Origin: Gammaproteobacteria bacterium CG11_big_fil_rev_8_21_14_0_20_46_22
GTDB lineage: Bacteria; Pseudomonadota; Gammaproteobacteria; UBA12402
Direction: 5' to 3'
Assembly: GCA_002796245.1 (NCBI GenBank)
Contig: PCWT01000048.1
Span: forward strand, 71,858-135,857
DNA length: 64,000 nucleotides
Program-made: the position numbers and the translations under genes
Notes under the pieces: model-generated
Database searches by the model: none
The model's input: the letters and a program-made list of their open reading frames with translations, nothing else
What the model was told of the DNA's origin: nothing
In this document: piece after piece, positions 33,875 through 43,121 of the stretch
Position numbering within the stretch: the stretch's first letter is position 1
How the letters are laid out: each line of letters opens with the position of its first letter

Positions 33875-35128
33875 CTAGACTCCGAATAAGTACGTCAGGC
33901 AATAAAAGCACAATATGGCCAAGCCTGCGGATGCAGGAATCGTGACAAACCATGAGAGCAAAATATTACGGACCGTTTTGATATTAAGCGCGCCGATACC
34001 GCGCGCAAGTCCAACGCCTAAGACACCACCGACCAAGGTTTGTGTGGCAGAGACAGGAATGCCGGTGCTGGTTGAAACGATTACCGTCGCAGCGCTGGCC
34101 AGCGTGGCTGCAAAGGCGCGGCTGGGTGTGAGGTCGGTGATATTATGCCCAACGGTTTTAATCACTTTTCGACCGTACATAATCAGACCGCAGACGACAC
34201 CTAAACAACCAAACCATAAAATCCAGCCAGGGGCATTGCCGACAATGTGTCCGTGATGATGGGCTGCACTGATCAGTGCTGAAACAGGCCCCATGGCGAT
34301 GGCCACATCATTTGAGCCGTGAGCAAACACCATCGCACAAGCTGTAAAGGCCATCAGCAAACTAAACAATTTTTCGATATATATATGTTGCTTAAAGCGT
34401 TTCTCGCCGGGCTGGTAACTTGTACGCTTAGCCAGTTGTAAACCAAACAAGGTGATGATTAAGGCCGCGATAAAGACGATGCCAAATGATTGCAAGTGCG
34501 AAGGCTCAATACCAAAGTGTCTGAGACCCTTGAGTATGGTCATATCGGCTAACACGATGCCCACTAAAAAAAAGTAAGCCGGTAAAAAGCGCTTCGCGTT
34601 TTTGGCTGGCGATGTGGTATTAAAGATACTGCGGCGAATGGTTTGAAATAATAAATAGGCAACAATGCACGCAATGGTGGGCGATAAAATCCAGCTGGCA
34701 GCGATCGCGCCGACTTTACCCCAGTGCACAGCATGTGCGCCTAGCACAATGGCGCCAAGGCCGACCAAGCCACCCACAATCGCGTTGGTGATCGACACGG
34801 GCATGCCCAGGTAACTCGCTAAAAGCATCCAGGCGCTGCTCGCAATTAGAACAGAGAGCAAACCAAAGACGAGTGTGTAAGGGTGATGCGAAAGTAAGTT
34901 TGCATTAATAATGCCGCTTCGAACCGTGTTGGTGACGTGTTCACCGCCTAGCAGCGCGCCGGCAAATTCAAAAATAATGGCAATGATGATGCCGGTTCGG
35001 ATTGAAATGGCGCGTGAGCCTATGGTGGTGCTCATGATGTTGGCCAAGTCATTCGCGCCCACGCCCCAGGTCATGATGAAACCGATCAGGCAAGCTGCGA
35101 AAATGATGAGAGAAGCGTATTCAAGCAT
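33875..35128 (-). CDS. pitA: Inorganic phosphate transporter, PiT family.
   Basis: GANDLAN and GSNDVA repeated PiT signature motifs. Confidence 0.9.
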   Translation of the reverse strand: MLEYASLIIFAACLIGFIMTWGVGANDLANIMSTTIGSRAISIRTGIIIAIIFEFAGALLGGEHVTNTVRSGIINANLLSHHPYTLVFGLLSVLIASSAWMLLASYLGMPVSITNAIVGGLVGLGAIVLGAHAVHWGKVGAIAASWILSPTIACIVAYLLFQTIRRSIFNTTSPAKNAKRFLPAYFFLVGIVLADMTILKGLRHFGIEPSHLQSFGIVFIAALIITLFGLQLAKRTSYQPGEKRFKQHIYIEKLFSLLMAFTACAMVFAHGSNDVAIAMGPVSALISAAHHHGHIVGNAPGWILWFGCLGVVCGLIMYGRKVIKTVGHNITDLTPSRAFAATLASAATVIVSTSTGIPVSATQTLVGGVLGVGLARGIGALNIKTVRNILLSWFVTIPASAGLAILCFYCLTYLFGV

Positions 35129-35146
35129 GCAGGTGTTTCCAGCTCC

Positions 35147-35821
35147 TTATGAAGCAATACAGATTTGTAAGCGGTCGGCGACTTTTTCAGCCAGGTCCGC
35201 CAGGGTTCCCGTCCAGTCAATCAGTTTGTAAGTGAACATGGCGCGTACAGGCGGTAAAGAGGCTTCTAATTCGTACAAGGTTTTGAACAGGCGCATTTGC
35301 ACATCGTCACAGCTGTGTTCAATGTGATGAAGCTTGTCGAGCATTTCTCGGATAATTTGTTTTTCTTGGCCGCTAAAGCCGGCTTCCAGTAGCTCATTCA
35401 GTTCACGAATGGCCTTGTACGCTTGACGGCAGGCGTCTATCGATAAGCTGATGAGCTCTCGGTAGTCCGCCCAAAGGGCTTCGGGTAATGTCATTTGTCG
35501 GCCAAACACGAGGCCTGCGATATCTTCAGCTTGGTTGGCCATATAATCTTGGTAGCTCAAAACTTCGAGTAAATCACTGCGGTTAACCGGTAGAAAAAGG
35601 TCTTTGGGTAATTTGAGGCGAAGGTCGCGTTTGAGGTCGTCGGCCTTGGTTTCTAAAGAAACGATGGTTTGATGCAGAGTTTCAGCTTCTGACCAGTTCT
35701 GTGTGTGGACGGCATCAAAAAAGGGCGCCAGGGTTTTGACGCATGTGTACACCGTTTCCATGTGTTCGCTTAAGGGTTTGAAAGGTGAGCGAGCAAATAG
35801 TTTTAAAAATGGTGAAACCAT
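35147..35821 (-). CDS. DUF47/PhoU-like Pit accessory protein (TIGR00153 family).
   Basis: Helical protein directly upstream of pit, the typical pairing. Confidence 0.8.
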   Translation of the reverse strand: MVSPFLKLFARSPFKPLSEHMETVYTCVKTLAPFFDAVHTQNWSEAETLHQTIVSLETKADDLKRDLRLKLPKDLFLPVNRSDLLEVLSYQDYMANQAEDIAGLVFGRQMTLPEALWADYRELISLSIDACRQAYKAIRELNELLEAGFSGQEKQIIREMLDKLHHIEHSCDDVQMRLFKTLYELEASLPPVRAMFTYKLIDWTGTLADLAEKVADRLQICIAS

Positions 35822-35885
35822 GGATATACTCTCACTTTAAGGCGCGAACAGTTTACTTGAAAAGCACAAAAATTGGAAACAGCTT

Positions 35886-36476
35886 ATGTCAGAAGTCGAG
35901 CTTAAGCTCAACATGGACGAGCGTGACGTCCAAAAATTGATCAACATTTTGGCTCGCGAACACAAAGAGCTTCATTTATATAGTGTTTACTATGATACCT
36001 CGGATCGTGTGCTCAGTGAACATGGTTATGCGTTGAGGCTACGCCAATCAGGCCAGCAGCTGATTCAAACCCTTAAAGGGGGCGGCTCGGTTGAAAATGG
36101 CTTACACCGTCGAGATGAGTGGGAGTGGGAAGTCGGTCGGCATGGTATCGACTATCCTCTACTGGAAGATAAGCTCGGCGAGCTTTATCCCAAAATCCAC
36201 AAGCAATTAGAGCCTTTGTTTGAGACAGAATTTATTCGCACGCAGTGGGATATTGAAAATGCTTTTGGTGCTGTGGAGCTTGCCTTTGATCACGGCGAAG
36301 TTCGTGGTCAGTGCGGCGCAGAGCGCTTGTGCGAGCTTGAGCTTGAGCTGAAAGATGGCGATGAGAAGGCTTTGCACGAGTTGTTTGCGTTTTTAGATAA
36401 ACAACTTTCCTTGAGCCCAAATAATGTGAGCAAAGCCGAGCGTGGTTATCTGCTGAGTGAGTTTGGCTTTGAATAA
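35886..36476 (+). CDS. CYTH-domain protein (CyaB/thiamine-triphosphatase-like).
   Basis: N-terminal EVELKL (ExExK) CYTH signature. Confidence 0.75.
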   Translation: MSEVELKLNMDERDVQKLINILAREHKELHLYSVYYDTSDRVLSEHGYALRLRQSGQQLIQTLKGGGSVENGLHRRDEWEWEVGRHGIDYPLLEDKLGELYPKIHKQLEPLFETEFIRTQWDIENAFGAVELAFDHGEVRGQCGAERLCELELELKDGDEKALHELFAFLDKQLSLSPNNVSKAERGYLLSEFGFE

Positions 36477-37023
36477 TGAAACTGTGCGCATCATCGGCGG
36501 GCGCTGGCGAGGGCGTAAATTGCATTTTCCTGTGCTTCCCGGCCTTCGTCCCAGTAGTGATCGTTTGCGGGAAACCTTGTTCAATTGGTTAATGCACGAT
36601 ATCCCAGGTACAAGCTGTCTTGATGTTTTTGCCGGAAGCGGCGCCTTAGGTTTTGAAGCCATTTCGCGCGGAGCGTCATCGGTGGTTTTTCTCGACATGG
36701 CGGCCGAAGCCGTCAAGGCCTTGCGTGATAATGCCGATCGCTTGTCGGCGAGTGAGGCGATGATCTACCAGGATGATGCCTTGCGTTTTTTGCGTCACAC
36801 AGAGCGCCGGTTCGATATTATTTTTTTGGACCCGCCTTTTGACAGTGATTTTTTGAGTAGCGCGTTGGCCTTGATTGGTGATCACGATCTTTTAAGCGAG
36901 GGCGGCCTTATCTATATAGAGTATGCAAAAAATGATTCGCCGGATCTTTCGGCTTGGCAGATAAAAAAAGAAAAAGTGGCCGGTCGAGTTGTTTATGGCT
37001 TGCTGGCGAGGAAATCGTTATGA
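36457..37023 (+). CDS. rsmD: 16S rRNA (guanine966-N2)-methyltransferase.
   Basis: DVFAGSGALGFEA SAM motif and DPPF catalytic motif. Confidence 0.85.
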   Translation: MSLALNNETVRIIGGRWRGRKLHFPVLPGLRPSSDRLRETLFNWLMHDIPGTSCLDVFAGSGALGFEAISRGASSVVFLDMAAEAVKALRDNADRLSASEAMIYQDDALRFLRHTERRFDIIFLDPPFDSDFLSSALALIGDHDLLSEGGLIYIEYAKNDSPDLSAWQIKKEKVAGRVVYGLLARKSL

Positions 37024-37044
37024 TGGTGGCAAGAGTTTGGGGGT

Positions 37045-38304
37045 GTGATGCGCGGTAGGGCTTTGGCAAAATTGGTCACTGTGGCGGGCTTAGGCAGCAC
37101 GCTTGAGTTTTATGATTTTATTATCTACGCGTTTTTTTCGGATGAAATCGCTCGCTGCTTTTTCCCCGCGCACACCGTCATGACCTCCCTCATTGCAACC
37201 TTTGGTGTGTTTGCTGTGGGTTATTTGGCCAGGCCCATTGGTGGTTTAATCTTTAGCCACTTGGGTGACAAGTTTGGTCGAAAAAATAATTTTTCTTTTT
37301 CGCTGTTAATCATGGCGCTATCGACCTTGTGTATGGGTTTGGTGCCCACCTATGCGCATATTGGCGTGAGCGCAAGTTTGATTTTTTTTGTGATGCGTAT
37401 TTTTCAGGGCTTATCATTAGGGGCAGAAACACCCGGTGCAATCACGTATATCGCCGAAAGTGTGCGAGCTAATCGTCAGGGGCTATGGTGCAGCATTGTG
37501 TTTGCGGTGATGAATTTAGGTGCGGTGCTTGCGATTTTTATTCATATTCTCTTAAATCACTTTTTAAGTCAGGCAGCGCTCAATGCTTGGGGTTGGCGTA
37601 TACCGTTTATTTTGGGCGGGCTTTTGGGCTTCTTGGGTTGGCAAATTCGTCGATCCATGCAAGAGTCTTTTGCGTTTGAACAGCAGCAGTGGCGGGCGGA
37701 TGTGCCTGTTTTTACGTTGCTACGTTATTACCCTTTGCGTTTGGTGGCCGCCATTATGGTGGCTATGCTTGCGGGTACGGCGATGTCTTTACTGTACTTG
37801 TATATGCCCTCTTACCTCGCCGCTTTTTTACATTATCACTACAATATTATTAATTTAAATTTATCGATTGGCTTGGTGCTTTACACTCTCTTAATGGTTG
37901 TTTTTGGTTATTTTTCAGATCGCTTCTCGCGCAAAAAAACCATGATGATCGCTTCCGTGGGGTTGTTTTTTTTGGCTTTTCCCGTGTATGACATGCTGCG
38001 TTTAAATCATCACCCGATCTTGCCGCTGGTGTTTGCGATTTTTGCGTTGTTGTCGGGGATGTTAATGGGCAATGTGCCGAGTCTCTTTGCTCGCCTGTTT
38101 GTCACCCAGGTGCGTTATACCGGTGTGGCACTAAGTTACAATATCGGCGTGAGCATCACGGCGGGCTTGGTGCCGATGTTAACGACGATTTTAATGAAGT
38201 ACACTGACCCCACATTTGCACCGGTGGTGGTGCTGATGTCGGCTGCGCTCATTGGGATGGTGGGTTTATTGCTGATACCCAAAGGTTTTTTGAATAAGCA
38301 CTGA
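37045..38304 (+). CDS. MFS transporter, metabolite:H+ symporter (MHS) family.
   Basis: N-terminal LEFYDF...Y signature. 12 TM. Confidence 0.8.
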   Translation: MMRGRALAKLVTVAGLGSTLEFYDFIIYAFFSDEIARCFFPAHTVMTSLIATFGVFAVGYLARPIGGLIFSHLGDKFGRKNNFSFSLLIMALSTLCMGLVPTYAHIGVSASLIFFVMRIFQGLSLGAETPGAITYIAESVRANRQGLWCSIVFAVMNLGAVLAIFIHILLNHFLSQAALNAWGWRIPFILGGLLGFLGWQIRRSMQESFAFEQQQWRADVPVFTLLRYYPLRLVAAIMVAMLAGTAMSLLYLYMPSYLAAFLHYHYNIINLNLSIGLVLYTLLMVVFGYFSDRFSRKKTMMIASVGLFFLAFPVYDMLRLNHHPILPLVFAIFALLSGMLMGNVPSLFARLFVTQVRYTGVALSYNIGVSITAGLVPMLTTILMKYTDPTFAPVVVLMSAALIGMVGLLLIPKGFLNKH

Positions 38305-38841
38305 GCCTAAAAAAAAAAGAAAAGCCCGATTTATTGTTATATTGTCTCGGGCTCTTTAGCAGGAATCCTCTGAAGGGTGACAGAAGATTCGGTCTGTTTA
38401 TTATTCTTATTGTTTGGCTTTATTTTTATTATGCGCTGTTCTTATGCTTACCATTAGACCACAAAGACCGCTCAACCATAACCGGCGATTTTACCCCCAT
38501 AAAAACACAAGGGGTAAAGTGACCTGGCGATCAGCCGCTGAGTCTGGTCGTCTCGCTAGGTTTCGGCAACAAGGAAAGACAATCTGGCTCAAAAAGGCGA
38601 CTGAAGGTTTGAGGCGCGTATTTTGGGCGAGGTCCACAAGCATAAGCTTTTTATCTCCCCCTTCGTTTTAAAGGGGGAAACTCAGGCTTAAACAAGCTCT
38701 TCGATTTCTATGACTGGCAAACGGTTTTGTTGTTGGGCGCTTGTGTTTTCAGTATCTGAGCTGTTGAGCTCAATCATTACAAAAGAAATACTCATTTGAT
38801 ACACTCTTTGAAAATAGGGTAAAACACTATTGTTGTTTGGG

Positions 38842-40197
38842 CTAAGTATAATTCTTCTTTTTAATTTTGACCAGTCCAGATAAAAATTCATTTTTAGGTG
38901 AGCGAGGCATGTCTTGTTTGCCGTAGCGTCTAATCAGTTGGTTAGCAGCCGCGTTGTCTAAAAACGCTTGGTGTGAGGGGTGGATCTCTTCGTGGGGATC
39001 ATCAGAATAGTGATAAAAGTCGTATTCTAAATCATTTAGACTGGCAAAAGGTGTGTCAGCCGTTTCAGCGTGGTTCGGGTGAAGATAATCTAAAAACTGT
39101 GTCAGCAAATACTGCACTTCGCGCAAGTGTGACATGAGGCTTAGATTTTCTATTGGCGCTTCGAGTGTCCAAGGTTGTGTTAAAAATTTTAGAGAAACAA
39201 AAAGTTCTTCTGTGTCTTTGCTAAAAAAGCTCGGCTCAACAATCAGAGGAAGAGCGTCTTTCAAGCCGTAGTCCTTGACGACAAGTTCAGCAATGGTTGG
39301 AAAAGGCCCTCTTGGATTGTTCTCGTTAACAACGCGGTAGGCTGGCATCTCACCCAGAGAGACTTCAATGATGTGCTTTAAGACGGCTAGAACATAAGGC
39401 GTTGCTCTTTTGTTTCTTAGGCTGTTAATGAAGTTTGACCAGACGCGATCAATGAATTTTAAGTTTCTTGCAAATGCGGTTGCCTTCCAGGCAATCGATA
39501 AGAGCTCGTGGTGAAACAGCTGCCAGGCTACCGTATCATTTTTAGGCAGCCAGGGTTTTGGAAAAAGCAGCATTTCAGTAAACCAAGGTGTTGGGAAATC
39601 GGCTGAGTTCGCTAAGTCTCTAAAAAAAGCCCAGTGCTCACTTTGTGAGTTGGGTTTGTGAGTGGTTAAGCCATATTTTCTTCTGAGCTTATCAAATTGT
39701 GTTCGATTGCTAATGCTCGGGATCATTATGGGCGTTCGAGCGCCTGAAGAAATTCGCCAGGTTTTACGTGTGTGAAATGATAGTTCAGGGTTGGGGTCTA
39801 AAAGACGCCGCAGTGCTAACACGGTTCCTGCATCATAATTGGCAAAAGTTTCAATTTGGTCGGGCCGCTCGGACATGAATAAATCCAGGCTCCCGCTCAA
39901 AACCAGGCTTAGTGGCATGGCGTTGGCATCGTAATCAAATGCTGCACGCAAATCTTTTGGGCAGTCTTGGCTTGTAATAGGTATCAGTTTTCCATCGAGC
40001 GGGAAATTAAAAACCCCGCTTTCATCAACAATCAAGGAGCCGTAAGAATAGCGCGCGTAATAGAGTGGCAGTTCTTTCTCTTCACTGATTAGGCGATCAA
40101 TGGCAACAGCCAGGCGCGGTTGGAGCTCGCTGACACGATCTTTAACGTCTTTCCATTCGACGGGATAAAACTGTGGGGATTTATCGACAGCGTCCAT
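38842..40197 (-). CDS. Hypothetical protein (451 aa), function not recognised.
   Basis: Long ORF with no recognisable motif. Confidence 0.5.
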   Translation of the reverse strand: MDAVDKSPQFYPVEWKDVKDRVSELQPRLAVAIDRLISEEKELPLYYARYSYGSLIVDESGVFNFPLDGKLIPITSQDCPKDLRAAFDYDANAMPLSLVLSGSLDLFMSERPDQIETFANYDAGTVLALRRLLDPNPELSFHTRKTWRISSGARTPIMIPSISNRTQFDKLRRKYGLTTHKPNSQSEHWAFFRDLANSADFPTPWFTEMLLFPKPWLPKNDTVAWQLFHHELLSIAWKATAFARNLKFIDRVWSNFINSLRNKRATPYVLAVLKHIIEVSLGEMPAYRVVNENNPRGPFPTIAELVVKDYGLKDALPLIVEPSFFSKDTEELFVSLKFLTQPWTLEAPIENLSLMSHLREVQYLLTQFLDYLHPNHAETADTPFASLNDLEYDFYHYSDDPHEEIHPSHQAFLDNAAANQLIRRYGKQDMPRSPKNEFLSGLVKIKKKNYT

Positions 40198-40220
40198 GCC
40201 CTTATTATTTTCACTCGGTC

Positions 40221-41594
40221 TTAAAAAGGCAAGCTAAGTTCGGGCAATAGCTTCATTATTGCCTGCTTAAATTCGCCGATCAATCTCTCGAGCTTTTTTT
40301 GATCACTCGCTTCAAAGCGAAAAACCAAACATGGCGTGGTGTTGGATGGTCGAACCAGGGCAAAGCCGTCTGGCCACTCTGCGCGAACGCCGTCAACGGT
40401 GATCATGGTTGCGCCCTCAAGCTTGAGGTTGGATAAAGCTGACATGATGTGAGCTTTGTCCGATTCAGCCACAGGCATTTGGATTTCAGGCGTGGCGGCA
40501 GTCTGGATTAAGCGCGCTTTGATTTCATCCATTGATTGCGTGTTGAGCAATTCTAAGAATCGTACGCCGGCATAAATACCGTCGTCAAAATCAAACCAGC
40601 GATCATAAAAAATGAAGTGGCCGCTCATCTCACCGGCTAAAGCGGCGCCGACTTTTTTGGCCAAGCCTTTGATCAATGTGTGTCCCGTTGCAGACAGTAC
40701 TGGCTCGCCATCGGCTTCTTCGATGATGCGCTTTAATAAATAAGAACATTTCACATCGTACACAATGGGTTTGCCAGGCATTTTTTTGAGAGTGTCTTGC
40801 GCAAAGAGCGCCAGCATGCGATCGGGAAAAATCATTTCACCCTCGTTGGTCACGGCCACCATGCGATCACCATCACCGTCAAAAGCGATACCTAAATCAG
40901 CCTGCTCGTCTTTCACTTTTTGAATTAAATCAGCAAGGTTTTTGGGCTGCGTGGGTTCCGGCTCATGATTAGGAAAATGTCCGTCGAGGTTTTCGTAAAG
41001 GTCGATGACCTCGCAGCCTAGGGCGCGAAACAGCTGCGGCGCAACTAAGCAAGTGGCGCCATTGCTGTAGTCAATCACCACTTTGGGTGGGTTTTCCAGC
41101 GTGATGCGGCTCATCACCGATTGGCAATAATTTTTAATGATCGTATCAACCCGCGTGTATTGGCCGGGTGTTTTAGCTTTGGGTGCTGGCTTGAGTGCTA
41201 AGTCGTACAAACCTTTGATCGCTTCACTGCTTGAAACATTCCGATCGAATAAGAGCTTAATGCCATTGTATTCGGCGGGGTTGTGGCTTGCGGTGATCAT
41301 AATGGCTGATCGCGCATCCAGTGTGTTGCAAGCGTAATATAGTAAAGGTGTGGGTAGTACACCAACGTCAATCACATCGACGCCTAATGCCAAAAGCGCG
41401 TCGCAGAGCGTTTTGAAAATACGCGGGCTCGAAAGTCTGCCATCGCGCCCGATAATAAGTTGCCTCTGGTTCAAACCGTTTAGAGTATGGGTCAGTGCGT
41501 TAGCGATGAGCACCACGGCTTCATCATTGAGCTGAGTGTCGGCAATCGCGCGAATATCATAAGTGCGAAAAATATCGGGTGAAAGAGCGGTCAT
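40221..41594 (-). CDS. Phosphomannomutase/phosphoglucomutase (alpha-D-phosphohexomutase).
   Basis: TASHNP active-site Ser loop and GDGDRM metal-binding loop. Confidence 0.9.
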   Translation of the reverse strand: MTALSPDIFRTYDIRAIADTQLNDEAVVLIANALTHTLNGLNQRQLIIGRDGRLSSPRIFKTLCDALLALGVDVIDVGVLPTPLLYYACNTLDARSAIMITASHNPAEYNGIKLLFDRNVSSSEAIKGLYDLALKPAPKAKTPGQYTRVDTIIKNYCQSVMSRITLENPPKVVIDYSNGATCLVAPQLFRALGCEVIDLYENLDGHFPNHEPEPTQPKNLADLIQKVKDEQADLGIAFDGDGDRMVAVTNEGEMIFPDRMLALFAQDTLKKMPGKPIVYDVKCSYLLKRIIEEADGEPVLSATGHTLIKGLAKKVGAALAGEMSGHFIFYDRWFDFDDGIYAGVRFLELLNTQSMDEIKARLIQTAATPEIQMPVAESDKAHIMSALSNLKLEGATMITVDGVRAEWPDGFALVRPSNTTPCLVFRFEASDQKKLERLIGEFKQAIMKLLPELSLPF

Positions 41595-42049
41595 TATTGT
41601 CGTCCTGAATGGCCAAACCCCCCGGTGCCCCGGTGGCTTTCGTTGAAGTTGTCTACAAGATTAAATTTGGCTTGCACCACCGGCACGATCACCAGTTGCG
41701 CGATACGCTCGAAAGGTTCAATTGTAAAGGGCACGGTGGAGCGGTTCCAGCATGAGACCATCAGCTCACCTTGATAATCTGAGTCGATCAGACCCACCAA
41801 GTTGCCCAACACGATACCGTGCTTGTGGCCCAAGCCCGAACGCGGCAATATCACAGCGGCCAGGCCTGGGTCGGCGATGTGAATGGCAAGTCCGGTTTTT
41901 ATGAGGGTCGTCTCGCCAGGCGCCAACATGAGGGGTTCATCCAATAGGGCGCGAAGGTCCATGCCGGCGGAACCGTGGGTCGCATAATTTGGCAAAGGGA
42001 TGTCTTTGCCCAGGCGATCGTCTAGTATTTTGAGGTCAATTTCATGCAT
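41594..42049 (-). CDS. dut: dUTP diphosphatase.
   Basis: [14 protein letters not shown]...IDSDYQGE motifs. Confidence 0.95.
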   Translation of the reverse strand: MHEIDLKILDDRLGKDIPLPNYATHGSAGMDLRALLDEPLMLAPGETTLIKTGLAIHIADPGLAAVILPRSGLGHKHGIVLGNLVGLIDSDYQGELMVSCWNRSTVPFTIEPFERIAQLVIVPVVQAKFNLVDNFNESHRGTGGFGHSGRQ

Positions 42050-42194
42050 GAGCGGGATGCTATCAGGTTTTCTGGGGATCGTGAACCAAAACTACGGCGC
42101 CGGCTTCGAAAACAAAAGCACTTGCACCCGTGGCGGCCTTTATGATATAAAGTGCGCCTTTCGTCCAAACTATGGCAGAAATCGGAGAAGAATC

Positions 42195-42431
42195 ATGGCT
42201 AAAGTATGCCAGGTAACAGGTAAACGCCCCGTGACAGGCAATAATGTGTCACACGCGAATAATAAAACGCGCCGTCGTTTTGAGCCAAATTTACACGAAA
42301 AACGCTTTTATGTGCCATCTGAAGGCCGTTATGTGCGTTTGCGTGTCAGCGCAAAAGGTATGCGCATCATCGATAAGAAAGGTATCGAGACTGTATTGGC
42401 CGATATCCGTTCACGTGAAGGAGCTAACTAA
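42195..42431 (+). CDS. rpmB: 50S ribosomal protein L28. The true start is [10 protein letters not shown] at 42195; the listed ORF has a spurious N-terminal extension.
   Basis: L28 N-terminus and the RBS GGAGAAG. Confidence 0.95.
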   Translation: MAKVCQVTGKRPVTGNNVSHANNKTRRRFEPNLHEKRFYVPSEGRYVRLRVSAKGMRIIDKKGIETVLADIRSREGAN

Positions 42432-42646
42432 TGGCAGCAATTCGTGAAAAGATCCGTATGATCTCAACAGGTTTGAACCAAAAAGGTAAAAAAACCGGTT
42501 ATTTCAAAACCACGACCAAAAACAAGCGCAGTCCTATGGCTGAAAAAGGCAAGTTTCGTAAGAAATACTTTGACCCACGCGCGTACAACCCTGAAACAGG
42601 CAAGTGCGGCATGCACGTGGAATTCGTGGAAGATAAAATTAAATAA
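42431..42646 (+). CDS. rpmG: 50S ribosomal protein L33 (extended form).
   Basis: FKTTTKNKR L33 core, overlapping the rpmB stop. Confidence 0.9.
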   Translation: MAAIREKIRMISTGLNQKGKKTGYFKTTTKNKRSPMAEKGKFRKKYFDPRAYNPETGKCGMHVEFVEDKIK

Positions 42647-42664
42647 ATGATTTTATCCTCTGAT

Positions 42665-42693
42665 AAAAAAACCGCCGATTGGCGGTTTTTTTA
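42665..42693 (+). terminator. Rho-independent terminator after rpmG (AAAAAAACCGCCGATTGGCGGTTTTTTT).
   Basis: GC stem plus U-run. Confidence 0.75.
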
Positions 42694-42716
42694 TGGGTGT
42701 TGCTAGGGCGTGTCCC

Positions 42717-43073
42717 CTAACCGTGGAAGCTTGGCGGCATTATAGAAAGAAGGTTTTCTGTGAGTAAATGTTTGAGTTTATAGACCTGATTAAGTAACAA
42801 CAAGGCAAAGGCTAAGCTCGTAGAGTCTGCAGGTCTGTTGCACACAGCAGAGAAAACATTTTCTGCCGCAGTGAGCGAGCTCATGATGCTGGTGTATTGA
42901 GCTGGATGGGTCACCCTACCTGAGACCAGTATTGCTGAGAATTCATTTGAAGCTTGTTGGTAGTGAAATATGCCAGTACTAAGCAGCAGCAGGCAATGAT
43001 CGGCTTCGCTGATAATCCCGCTGAGCGCTATCTGACGAAGTCTTTGCCGCAGCAATAAAATCAGTGCATCCAT
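42717..43073 (-). CDS. Hypothetical protein (118 aa), low confidence.
   Basis: ORF only. It is co-directional with, and 48 nt downstream of, the DAK2–DegV gene. Confidence 0.3.
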   Translation of the reverse strand: MDALILLLRQRLRQIALSGIISEADHCLLLLSTGIFHYQQASNEFSAILVSGRVTHPAQYTSIMSSLTAAENVFSAVCNRPADSTSLAFALLLLNQVYKLKHLLTENLLSIMPPSFHG

Positions 43074-43121
43074 AAGCGACTTCCTTTTAAGCGCTGTATT
43101 CTTGTGTTATTAAAGCGCCGT

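Noticed and set aside
37485-37858. Cys/Trp-rich small ORFs inside the MHS transporter gene.
   Set aside because: Out-of-frame translations of a membrane-protein gene.
42000-42194. N-terminal 65-aa extension of the rpmB ORF.
   Set aside because: The true L28 start is [10 protein letters not shown] with its own RBS. The upstream extension overlaps the dut promoter region.
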